From the human T2T-CHM13v2.0 reference genome, Homo sapiens: DNA of 64,000 nt. The number at the start of each line of letters is the position of its first letter. Position 1 is the first letter of the stretch. This document shows, one piece after another, positions 45,670 to 58,444 of this stretch. Made by a program: the position numbers and the translations under genes. The stretch is from the NCBI RefSeq assembly GCF_009914755.1, contig NC_060940.1. The stretch is one strand, 5' to 3'. The notes beneath the pieces are model-generated. The model was not told the origin of the DNA. It saw nothing but the letters and a program-made list of their open reading frames with translations, and made no database searches.

Positions 45670-45950
45670 ATTAGGACTCTTATAACAAAATAACATAAAC
45701 CGGGTGACTAAAAAACAACAGATATTTCTTTTTTCACATTTCTTGAGGCTGTAAGATCTCGGGTCAAGATGCTCACAAATTCAGTGTTGATGAGAGCCCA
45801 TTTCATGGTTCATAGGTGGTGCCTGCTTTCTATGTCCTCACATAGTGGAAGGCACACAACAACTCCATTGAGCTTCTTTTATAAAGGCACTAATCCCATT
45901 CATAAGGGCTCGGCCCCCAAGACCTGGTCACCTCCCAAGTGTTCTGCTCT
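45670..45950 (-). mobile_element. MLT1-type MaLR LTR fragment
   Basis: ATAACAAAATAACATAAACCGGGTGACT...GGTCAAGATGC...CACTAATCCCATTCATAAGGGCTC. Confidence 0.6.
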
Positions 45951-47603
45951 CCCTGATCTGTGTCATATACAGACTCTCTTGGATTCCTTACCAATTGCTT
46001 GAGAGATCGCAGTGGGTTTGTGGGGAAAAAGTTTTCAAGATGATGGATCTTTCCCAACTTCTGCAGCTGTCAGCCGTCTCCCAATCTCACCAGCCCCACT
46101 TTGTGTTTAGGAATTTATTGATTATTCCAGCTTTACTTGTCATGGTGGTGCCTATTTGCGTCTGTCCTATGTAAGTGCATCCGTCCTCTTTCGCCTTGCA
46201 GGTGCTTGTTTTCCCTCACATTTTGACTCAGTTCTTGGCAACCTCGTTGCTATAAAAATAAAGTCATGACTTTGAAGTTAGTTTGGGTCTTTCATTGTTG
46301 TCAGGTTTGGAACCCTATTCCATCCCAGATCTTCAAAACCCAGACTTTTTGGGGGGTTGAAATTTTAGGGTTTCTCTTTGAATTGTAGTTTTATCTTCTT
46401 TCAGTTACCATTTGCATTTTCATAATGATTAATGAGACTAAGCTTTTTTGTGTAGTTGACTGTACCTTTGGATTTTTTCCCCAAATACCTTTTTATTTCT
46501 TCTTTTCTTTATGGTTTTAGAAAAGGTAGTTTACATAATTGCAGCTTGATTTTTTACTCAGTTAATGGCATGCTTAATGGAGAGAAAAAATATTAAATAT
46601 ATTTCCCTTTTTAATTACTGTGCTTTTTTCTTTTCTAAGGAAATGTTTCATTATGTTAAATTTCAGTGTTATTCTACTTAGCTATTCCTTAAATATTATA
46701 GTATTTAGGATTTCACATGTAAATTTGTAACATATCTTGAGTTTATTATGTATAGAGTAAGGCTATTTTCTCTTTTTTGTTTTTTAAGGTAAAAATCACA
46801 TAATATAAAATTAACAACCACCATTTTAAAGCATACAATGCACTTGCTTTTAGTATATTCACAATGTTCCAGGGCAATTTCATCATGTCCCTTCCAAAAA
46901 CCCATTATACCTAAGGTTGTTACACCCTAATCTGCTTCCCTGAGCCCTAATGACCACTAATCTGATTTATATCCCAATTGATTTGCCAATTCCTGATGTT
47001 TCATGTGAATAAAATCAAGTAATATTTGTCCTTTTGTGCACTTAACAGAATGCTTTCAAATTTCACCAATATTATACCATATATAAGTACTTCATTCTTT
47101 GTTATAGCTGAAAATTGGGTGTCCATTTATGAGTCAACAAGCATATGGATTGTTTCCACTTTTTGACTGTATGAATATTACTGCTGTAAATATTCATGCA
47201 CATGTTTATTTTTTGAGCACCTATGTTTTGTAAGATTAACAGCTGACTTAAGAGAAACAATGGAAGCAAGAGGCAGTAGAATAATATATTCAAAAGATGC
47301 AAAGGAAAAAAAAACTCTCAGCCACGAATTCCTTATCCAGCAATTATTTTTCAAAAATGAAGATAACACAAAGACTTACCCAGATAAACAGAAATATTAA
47401 CTGAAGTTGTTGCTGGCAGACCTACTATATAAAAAAAACTCTAAAATAAATTCCTAAGGCTAAAAGCAAGTTACAGAAGACAGTCACTTGAATCCACATT
47501 TTTAAAAAAACACTGGTATAGGTAATATTGACATTATAAAAGACAGTAAAAATGCATTTTTTCTCTTTATCATAAATTGTTTATTAAATAACGTGTGTAT
47601 AAT

Positions 47604-48025
<422 letters not shown>

Positions 48026-48699
48026 CTAGATGGTAAAGTAATAATTACTAAAATGTATTGTTGGCTTTGTAACTTTAATAGATGTAATGTGTAAAGTGAT
48101 AATACTTTAAAATGGAGGAAACAAAAGAGATTTATATAAGAATGTTGTTTCTATGTATTACTAAAAGTTTACTAGTGTAGATTGGAAGATGGTTTGAATA
48201 ATTAATTTTCCATATACATATAGGGTAAACTTACAACAACAAAAATTCTCAAAAATATATAATAAAATAATTCATTAGTAATCTAAAGTTCCCTATTTTA
48301 GAAAATATTCTTTCATTGCAAAATAAAGCGATAAAGAAAAATATTTGAGAAATATATAAAACAAACGGTAAAATGGCAGACATAAATAGAATTATACCAA
48401 TTATAATCTTAAATGTGAGCAGATTAAAATCCATTCCAGAAGCAGAGATTGTCAGACTGGATTAAAACAAGTGATCCCAATATACGCTGAGATGCAAGGA
48501 TACTAATGGATTGAAAGTAAAAAGATGACAAAAAATATCATGCAAAGAGCAATCATAAGAACACTGAAATCATTATACTCATAACACACAATATAGACTA
48601 TTAAAAATATGAATAGGATTTTAAAAATTTATATTCTAGTGAAAAGGGGGACTACGCTTTAGGAAGACATAGCTATTACAATCATGTATGCACAGATAG

Positions 48700-49130
48700 G
48701 AGCTAAATTGTTTCCTCTATATAGATGCTGAAATTCTAACCACTGAATATGACCTCATTAGGAAATATGTTCTTTGCAGCTGATCAAGTTAAGATACAAT
48801 CAGATGAGCCTGAATTCAATATGACTGATGTCCTTGTGAAAAGAAGAAATTTGAGTAGAGGGAGACATACACACAGGGAGAGTACCATGTGATTATGAGG
48901 ACAGAGATTAGCCAAGGAATGCCAAAGACTGCCACTAAACCACCAGAAGTGAGAAACAAGACACAGAGCAGGCTTCCTCTCATAGCCCTTGAAGGGACCA
49001 TCCCTGCTGACACCTCAATCTCAGACTTTTAGCTTCCAGGACTATAAGATTATAAGACTATAAATGTATGTTGTTCAAGGCACCCAGTTTGTGTTACTTG
49101 GTTATGGCAGCCCTAGAAAACTAATACATG
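48700..49130 (+). mobile_element. MLT1-type MaLR solo LTR within older L1 sequence
   Basis: CCCTGCTGACACCTCAATCTCAGACTTTTAGCTTCCAGGAC...GTTATGGCAGCCCTAGAAAACTAATACA end. Confidence 0.75.
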
Positions 49131-52100
49131 AACTAATAACAAAGCATAATAACATGAAGCAAAAATTGACAAAAGAGGAGCATCAGCAAAATGGCAGTGG
49201 AGAAAGCTGCAATCTTTCATTTCCCCACAGAAACATCACACAACTAAGAGAAACTGTCCGAATAAACTTCGCCAAAACTCTGGAAAATGGTCAAAAGATT
49301 ACAACATCCAAGTGAAAGCAGACTCAAGAAAAAGACAACTGGAAAACTTTACTACATTTTTAACTTGCCTTTGCCCCAGCAAATTGGCAGTTCTGAAGTG
49401 TCAGAAGCCCACGTTCCCAGTGAGGAAGCCTGGTCCATGGTCCAAAGGAACAAGAGAAGATCTTAACCACAAATTATTATGTGTCTGTTCTGACTGGTCT
49501 GGGGGATACCTAAAGGACTCATGAAAGGCTTTTTTTTTTTCTGTGTTGCTAGAATACAGAACATATAAGGAATGGACATTATTAAGAAACTCTGCAAGGA
49601 GACCTAACAAACCACAGATGCTTAGGGCAAAAATTAAAGTTTACACATATAGTAGATCACCTTCAGCAGAGCAAGAAAAGTTGGAGAAGAGTATTTCAAA
49701 AACTAAGACATACAAAATCATTCACATACATGGGAGAGTCTACAAAGTCACATGTATTCATAGGTTAAGCCACATGCTGACAAATGTCATAAGAAGACAC
49801 TACGCTTTTACCTTGGCCGATCCCTCCCCTCAGTGCAAGCTCTGTGCAAGAGTGAACTTGAACTTCACTCAGTGCAAGAGTGAACACACACTTTGTGCCG
49901 GCTTTAAAGAACCCAGCACAAAGCCAGTCTGCATGGCCTAGAGACATATTTTGCTGGACAATGATTACTTGTTTTTCTTTTTGTTTTTCTTGTATTTGCC
50001 TGTTTGATTGGTTCCTGACATACCAGAAAATCACTGTCAAAACATTAGCTTAACATTTGTTAAGGAAACAAAAAGACTTCGGTGACCACACCTTATAAAC
50101 CAAACAGTTTTGTAAATCACTTTAGAAAATTTCACTAAAAAAAAAAAATCCTTAACAATATAATAAGTAAAGAAAATTTAAAACCACAAAACATTACTGT
50201 GTTTGTGGGGGGGGGGGTCTGATTTACAGAGTAACCACATAGTAATTATAATTATTAGAATGTCCGTTTTCAAAAACGTTACAAGGCATACAAAGAATGG
50301 GAAAGTGTGGCTCATTCAAAGGACCAAAATAAATTGACAGAAAATATCCCTAAGGAAACCCAGACATCAAACTTACCAGACAAAGACTTTAAAACAACTC
50401 TCTTCATTATACTCAAATGTCAAAAGGAAAACATAAACAAAGAAATAAAGGAATCAGAAAAAATATTAAAAAGTAGGAATATCAGCAAAGAGATAACAGA
50501 AATTCTGGAGTGGAAAACTACAATGATAAAAATTTAAAAATCACCAGAGGGATTTAAGAGTATATTTGCACACACAGAAGAAGCCATGAACTTGAAGAGA
50601 AGAAAATGGAAAATACTGACTCTCAGAAACAGAAAGAATAAAAAATAAACAATGAGCAGAGACTAATGAATCTGTGGGACATCATCAAATAGACCAACAT
50701 TCATATTCTAGAAGGATAAATTTTGTTGTTAAAAAGTTTACCATTCTTTCTTTTCACCTTTCTTCCTTCCTCCTTCCCCCTCCTCCTTTTTACTTTTCTT
50801 CCTCTTCCTTTCTCTTCTTCTTTCTCTCCTTCATTATCCCTTTCACTGTTTCTCTTTCTCCCTTTCTCCTTTTTCTTTTCTTTCAATTTTCTCAATTACT
50901 AAGAGATGTTTAAGTACCCTTACCATGTTAGTAGATACGGTTATTTCTCCCTTTAGTTCTCTTTTGAGATTTATAGTCACTCAAATAAAGAGATAACCCA
51001 AACATAAGCGTCACAAACAGGCTTTCATACCATTCTTAATTTGGTCCTGTAATTCTTCATTGCTGTATTAACTTTCTGATGCTTTTAAGGATGTTTTATA
51101 ACAAATTGTGTAGCTTTTTCCAATGGAATGTTTATTCTGAATTATCTAATTCATATTGTAAGTATAGAGGGAGTTTAATATAAAATTATTAAACTAATAT
51201 TTGTGAAAGAATGTATTTGTGCATTTAACAAATATGTTAATCCTCAGACTGTTATTGGGCAGCTGAGCATACAGGAATAAAAATAACACAATTTTTATGT
51301 GTACAATATTTATGGAATACGTTACTGGACCCAATAAATAATTTAGTTAATAACATGACAAAGAACAGAAATTGTATACACTATAGAGCATAGTAATGGA
51401 ATAATGAATGATTAAAGTTATTAATATTAGGTAGAAAATGAAGGGTATCTTTGAGAGCAGAACTCAAGGAAGCAAGCAATTCACCTTATGAGGAAAGAGT
51501 TACCTGTGGATAAAGGAGAAACTGAGAAACTTACAAGTCAAGACTTTTTGAGCAAAAACAAAAATATGACTATTAGTCACCAATTCAGTACAGTGAAAAA
51601 AATGTTGAAGAGATATCTTGGAAGTAAACCATGTTGTGGAAGAGCATGTAGGGTTTTGATAATCATGGGATGATTCTGAATTAATTTTAAATGCGATAGG
51701 AATATATGAGATAATTTCACCAGAGTATAATATGATTGTGTTTGCATTTCAAAGGGGGTGTATCTGGTGCACTGTGTAGAATAAATAGGTTATGTGAGCA
51801 AATAAATTGGGAGGCTACTCTAATCCAGCGAAAAAAGGTAGTGACTTAGGTGAGAATGCTGTCAGGATGAGTGGTAGTAGTGGTGAGAAGTCGTTAGGCC
51901 ATGGATGTATTTCATAGGACTGGCCAAGAGAACTGCAGCTAAATTGGAGTGTAGGGAGTGAAATAGAGAACTCAAAGATGACTCTCAGCAATGGAAGGTG
52001 ACAGCTGTCACTGAAGCATGCTGATGCCTCTTATTAAGAGAGTTACTTGGGAATGGCAAGATCAAAATTTCTCACTTTCAAATTTATGAAAAATATTGTT

Positions 52101-54409
52101 TTCAGAACGAGTGACTTTGGGATCAGAAAGCCACCATTCTAATTGATGGTTCCACGACTGCACGGGCTCACACTCGCAAGAGCAAAAGTAAATCATCACA
52201 AAGGTGCTTCTTGATAATTCTAGAGAATGGAGAATTACTGTAACATCTTTCTGATTTTAGGAGAGGTAGCAGTTCCCTTTTTAGCCTAAACGCCATTTTT
52301 TTTTTACAGCTCAGCCAAGAGACTCCATTATAATTTTCAAATGTGTGTAACTTAAATTCTCATATGAAATATCACTATGCTTAAATTAGTCAAAACATTT
52401 TCCCCATCTATAACTCTATCTTGTCATTGCAATCATTTTCACAAAAGTGACTGCAGCTCACAGACCCTAAAAGGAGAAAATCCAGGGTAGGTTATCTGAT
52501 CTAGTTAGTTTCAAAGACAGGATCTACAGATTATTTAATATGAAATAGGTCACCTGAAATGAAGTGTTTACTGAAAACAGCTTGGATCAGCCCAGTTTTC
52601 TACCACTGAACCATGCATTTGGTTTAAAAAACACAACAACTCTGGGGAATATCAGCTGCTTCCAACTGTGTTGAAGGTGTTAAAGAAAAGAGCATGAAAT
52701 TAAAAATGATCATCTGAGGCCTTTATAGTCTCTGCTCAAGAGACTAGAGTTTTCCATTCTTAACGAAACACCCAAATATCTTAATAATTGGGTAAAATCT
52801 AAATATCAGAGATAATTTTATCTTGAAGATTGTTAAATTATAACGGTGATTCACTACCTTGCCACGTCTCTGAGTCAAAAATTAGGTCTTTGTTTAGGAA
52901 TCAATCATAATCTGCAATTTGGAAATAGGAAGATTTTAGAAGACTCAGACATTGACTTTCTTGTGTGCAAAAAAAAAGACATATTGAGATAATACAAGTC
53001 TTTCCTTGCAAGGATACCTCTAATGCTCATACGCCACCTCCCCTAACATTAATATAGCTTCCAGGTCACTAACCAGTGTCAGAGAGCAGCCCATGCAACT
53101 AGAAATTCAAAAGATGTCGAACATAGGGTCAAGCTTAGAATAAGATGTCTTAGCTAATTAAGTATGCTTTTTTCCCGAAATTCATATTAACAAAATCTTG
53201 GATATGTCAGAGAATGCATTCTAAGTTCACTCAACCTAGGAGGGAGAAACATAATTTTAAATGAAGAGCTGAAGCATTCTTGTCCTAACAGAAAGCAAGG
53301 AAAACGAAATATCACACCACAGGAGGGATTTCACAAATTTGTGTCAACATCAAAACCTTAAAATAGGCAAGGAGAATGCAGATTCACAATGAACTCTTGT
53401 ACTTGTTTTGTTCAGAGAAGAGATGGTTCTGAGAGAATGACAGTGAACTAACCCCAGCTGGTTTAGTTGATGCTTTCAACTACTGCTTCTGATCAACTCC
53501 TTTAGCTAGAATAAATTGATGAGGATTTTGGCATGTGGTATTAGAGATGGTTATTAATTTTCTCCTCTTATTTGCATTGTTCAATATAGTAAATACTAGC
53601 TGTATATGGCTATTTCAATTCAAATTAATTACAATGAAATATACTTAAATATTGAATTTTTTAGTCACTCTTGGTTCATTATTGAATATCTTCAGCTAAG
53701 ATTTCCCAACTAAAGACACTAAGAGGTGGCTTAGTTAACTGGTCGTCCACAAATATTGAAGCTGTTGTTAACTCCTGATATATTCTCTGCAAAGAGAATA
53801 TTCATGAGCCTCCTCCTGAAATCAGCAGCCTAGAGATAGTTTTATAAACGGGATACAAGTTGGAAATCTATATACTCTTTAAGTGTTTGAAATATTAGCT
53901 TCCCAGGGAAGAAAATCAAATTCATAAGATATGTTAGGACAATTTAACTCAAGATGTTCAAAACTGAAATGACATATTCTACAACATGTGATAAAACCAC
54001 CCCCTAACAACTTAAAGCAAAACAGGGATGGACCTTAAAGACCTGCCTTTTCCTCATCCCCCAGCCAGTTTTCACATCTTGCATTTTATTTTGAAAGGTC
54101 CCTATCCCCCTGGTCTCTTGTTTCTAGACTTGGCACATATTTAAGTTTGTTACCTCTCTCTACTGACTTTTCTCTCTTCAAACAGTATCTATGCCTGCCA
54201 AATGTGAACATACAAAAAACAAATCAGAATGTGCCATTCTGATTTAAACTGCTTATTAATTAATACCCTCAAGATAACATCTGGGTTCTTAGCTTCAATG
54301 AGTCAAGCCTACTTACATCTTTTTTTGTCTTTGGCTGCACATTTCCTGTCACATCCACTCCAGCAATGCCAAGCTGTGCCAGCCTTCTACCCCATCTCCA
54401 TTATTTCGC

Positions 54410-55265
54410 CCTCCGCCGCCGCGGCTTTTTGCCCCCCCGCCGCCGGAGCTTTTTGTCCCCCCGCCGCCGCGGATTTTTCCCGCCCCGTCGCGGCGGCTTT
54501 CTCCCCCCACCGCGCCTCGGCTTTTTGTACGCTGCGGCTTTTTGCCCCCTCAACGCTAGAGCTTTTTGACCACCGCGGGTTTTTGACTCTTCACCGCTGC
54601 GAATTTTGCCGCCCTGGCTTTTTGCCCGCCAGGGCTTTGTCCCCCCCCCCCCCCCGCCGCCGCGGCTTTATCACCGCCTTGGCTTTTTCCACCCTGCCCC
54701 CGCGGCTTTTTGCCCGCCGCGGCTTTCTGCCACCCACCCGCCGCCGCGGCTTTTTGCCCCACCGCCGCCGCGGCTTTTTGCCCCCACCCCGCCTCGGCTT
54801 TTTGCCCGCCTCGGCTTTTTGCCCCCCGCCGCGGCCGCGGCTTTTTGCCCGACCAGGCTTTTTGCCCCACCGCCGACACAGCTTTTTGCACCCTCGCCGC
54901 CGTGGCTTTTTGCCGCCGCGGCTTTCTGCTACCGCTGCTTTTTGCCCCACCGCCGCCGTGGCTTTTTGCCCGCCGCGGCTTTTTGTCGCCGCGGCTTTTT
55001 ACCCGCCACGGCGTTTTACCCGCCGCGGCTTTTTGCCCCCCGCTGTCACGGCTTTTTGCCCCCCCGCCGCAGCGACTTTTTCCTCGCCGCGGCTTTTTGC
55101 CGCCGCCGCTGTTGCCGCCGCTTTTTGCGCCCGCGGCTTTTTGCCGCTGTTGCCGCCGCCTTTTGCCCCCGCCGCAGCGGCTTTTTGTCCCCGCCGCCGC
55201 GGCTTTTTGCCACCGCGACTTTTTGCCCCCGCCGCCGAGGATTTTTGTCCCCGCCGCCGCGGCTC
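54410..55265 (+). repeat. GC-rich GCTTTTTGC array, copy 2
   Basis: Same unit family as 19702-20330, but longer (~850 bp). Confidence 0.93.
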
Positions 55266-55645
55266 TGAGGGCGGGAGCGGCAGGCTCGGCTGCCAGCTCT
55301 ACTGGCGTCCTGGCAAGGGCAGCGCCCAGGGGTGCTCCAGGTCCAGCTCTCCTGGCTTAGGGATTCCTTGCCTAGGTGCCGGCGCCCCGGGCTCCTTGCC
55401 TAGGCCCCTGTGGCCTGCATAGAGCGGCGCTGCCTGCGGAGGCGATGGGGGAGAAGAAGGATGGTGGTGGTGGGGGTGATGCGGCGGCCACGGAGGGTGG
55501 CACAGGGGCTGCGGCCAGCCGGGCGCTGCAGCAGTGCGGGCAGCTCCAGAAGCTCATCGTCATCTTCATTGGCAGCCTGTGCGGGCTGTGCACCAAGTGC
55601 GCTGTGTCCAGTGACCTCACCCAGCAGGAGATACAGACCCTGGAG
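55266..55645 (+). pseudogene. KSR1: KSR1 5' region/exon 1 duplicate, copy 2 (open frame)
   Basis: (L)[76 protein letters not shown] versus recalled KSR1 [77 protein letters not shown]. Donor GTAAGG at 55646. The symbol names the parent gene. Confidence 0.92.
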
Positions 55646-55738
55646 GTAAGGGGTTCGGGGACCCGGGCTGGGCTCCAGGAGCAGCCCGGACACCTCCTTC
55701 GGGGCCCCAGTTCACTCCTGGCCGAGTTGCACCCTTGA
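55445..55738 (+). CDS. Hypothetical 97-aa KSR1 N-terminal read-through ORF
   Basis: ATG in a GAGGCGATGG context, 67 exon codons plus 30 intron-derived codons to TGA. No evidence of expression. Confidence 0.15.
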
Positions 55739-58444
55739 GCCCACGTCACCCCCTTGGAGGCTTCCCCTCCCTCCTGCACTCGCTGATGCGGCAGCCAGAG
55801 GACCCGGGACCAGCCCTCACCTTGGGCAGGATTTGTGGAGCGGGTGTGTGGTGGGAACTGGGATGGAGGCTCCAGGGTCCCGTGGGGGTGGGGGTGGGCT
55901 GCGCGAGGACATCCCCTTACCCCCTGAATTTCCATCTGGTCCAGCCCTCTCATCTTGTAGGTGAGGAAACCGAAGGCCTGAGGGAGAAATGACTTGCCAG
56001 GAACCCCTGTTAAGGAAAATTAACAAAGTGTGGTTATTAAAGAAGAACTGAGTTGGGAGTCAGACCTGGAGGCCCGCACCCGTGGTTAAGACATTATACC
56101 ACCTTGAGTCTGGCCTGTTGACTGAGGGTGAGCCACTCCATCCTCATGTGATTGTGGGGTCTTAACCTCAAAGGGTTTCCTGCAGGAAGAAGCAAATGGG
56201 TTTGCTTTCCTAGCTCTGTCCAGTACGTTAGGGACCCTGAGGACTGAAGGGATTCTTGGAGAGCCATCTGGTGTATGTCATGGGTAGGTCTTTTTTGAAG
56301 GTCAGTCTGCCCAGTGGGCTGGCTCAGCCCGAATGAACTGTCTTGAATCTTTGGAGTTGTCTGTGTACTTTTAAGGGCTTCTCAGCCTTGCACCAAAAGA
56401 TCCCTCTGGAAATTAGGTGGGATAAACCTTAACTTTTGTGGAGCCTTGTGTTTGTCTTAAAAGTTCATGCACATAGCCAGGTGTGGTGGCTCCCACCTGT
56501 TATCCTTTCCTGGATCCCTTGAGTCAAGGAGTTTGAGACCAACCTGGACAATATAGTGAGACCCCATCTCTACAAAAAAGAAAATATTAGCCAGGGGTGG
56601 TTGTGAGCATCTGTAGTCCCAGCTACTACTGTGGCTCAGGCGGGAGGAGCACTTGATCCTGCACTGAGCTGTGATCTCACCAGTGTACTCCAGCCTGGGC
56701 CACAGAGCAAGACCGTGACTCAAAAAAAAAAAAAAAAAAAAAAAAGACAAGAAAAATTCTTCAAGATTTTGCATTCTGTCCCACTATCCATTGGTTTTCA
56801 TGTCAAGATAATGTCAGAAATTCTTTACAATTGCTTCCAGAAGGAGTAGCCTTTTGATCTAGTGCACAGGTGTCCAGTCTTTTGGCTTCTCAGGGCCACA
56901 TTGGAAGAAGAATGCTCCTGGGCTGCACATAAAATACACTAATGCTAACAACAGCTGATGGGGTTAAAAAAAAAAAAAAGTTTGTGCATAATTTTCATGC
57001 TACCCACCACCAAAGATAGGTGGAAAAGTCCTTGTAGTCAAAGGGTTGGACACTGCTGATCTAGTGTCTTGTTGTCCGTTTTGGCTTTCTCCCTGATTCC
57101 AGAATGCAGGTAGAGATGTAGAGACATGGTCTCAGGACAGCTGTTGAGATAAAAAAATTCGTTGTCATTTATTCCCAAGCACAGCTGTTTCTCATTGCAT
57201 TGAAAAAGTCTCCATTCAAACTGCTGTCACATATAAAATCCATTTATGTAAGTCTGTATTTTTCTGTTGTCTTGGCCTTTGTAGGCAGTAGTGTGTTTTA
57301 ACCGAGCAAACTGTCCTTCCAAATAATGAAGCCGAAGTCAGCCTACCTACTTGCCATTTTTCTTCCACTTCCATTTTTGTAACCTCAGAATAATTGTAAG
57401 AATGAATTAAGATTTGTGTTTAAGGCCAGGCACAGTGTCTCAGGCCTGCAATCTCAGCACTTTGGGAGGCGGAGACTGTTGTATCGCTTGAGCTCAGGAG
57501 TTGAAGACCAGCCTGGGCAACATACTGAGACTCCGTCTTGTATAATTTAATTAAAATTTAAAAAAAGAAGAGAAAAAGACTTGTGTTTAAAATTTAAAAA
57601 AAGGGGGGAAAGTGTAATGCAAAATGTGGACTATGCCAGCTATGATTGGGAAAACTAGTTTTTCATACAGCATTATCTGTAGACTTGTATTAGCAGCATA
57701 CTGGTCATAAGCGTTCTGCTTTCCTCAAATATGATGAGGTAAGCTAATTTAAAGTGTGTTGGGGCTTTCTGCTGCGTGGCTCCTGGAGGTGTTGAGTCCC
57801 AATTTCGCCAATTAATTTGGGTTTAGTTTTGACGTGGATAAGGGAGACCAGCTTCATTCATGGTGTACACACAGTTTTGCCAATAAGGTAAAAAAAAAGC
57901 CACCTGAATGTTCCTACTCATTAGATGCTATCTGGAGAGCTCCTACCCCACCCCCACCAAGGCCCGGGCCATTAAAAAGACTCAATGCAGTCTTTCTGTA
58001 TCTCATACTGTATTCTGCAAGATACTCCTGTGAAAGAAAGTTGTGCTGCATCAGCCATCTCCCTCTTGAAGGTCCCTGCGGATGAGGATTTGTGTTTTGA
58101 AAGTGTTGAGACTTCCTGCAACAACAATTCTCAAACTTATTTGTCCATGGGATCTTTTCTTCCACTGAATGTAGTTGGGGAGACACGGCCTTAAGCCTTG
58201 AGCAGAGAAAGAGACAAGAAACTGTTGGCTCACTTACAACCAAGTGTTGTGTTTATGTTTTAGGTTTTTATGAAACTGAGATGCCGTTTGAGGTTCTAAA
58301 TGAAATTGGGTGGTTGAAGAGAGGCTGGTATCCCTGTAGACTTAGCCAGCCATGAGAAGTTGCCTTTTGTTGAAGGAGGTGTTTTACAAAGGGAAATAGG
58401 GTGTCTCCTGGGCATCGCATTAGCAATTAAATACATGTATCACT
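55646..58444 (+). other. Probable KSR1 intron-1 paralog, copy 2 (AluJ 56477-56745, MER30 56865-57058, Alu monomer 57424-57570)
   Basis: Colinear with 20710-23465; the MER30 TSD ATCTAGTG is retained. Confidence 0.8.

Noticed and set aside
54229-55422. 397-aa ORF starting at a real ATG and ending just upstream of the KSR1 ATG (similar ORFs at 19653-20469)
   Set aside because: The frame is open because the GC array lacks stops. Overlapping frames are also open, and copy 1 does not share the start.
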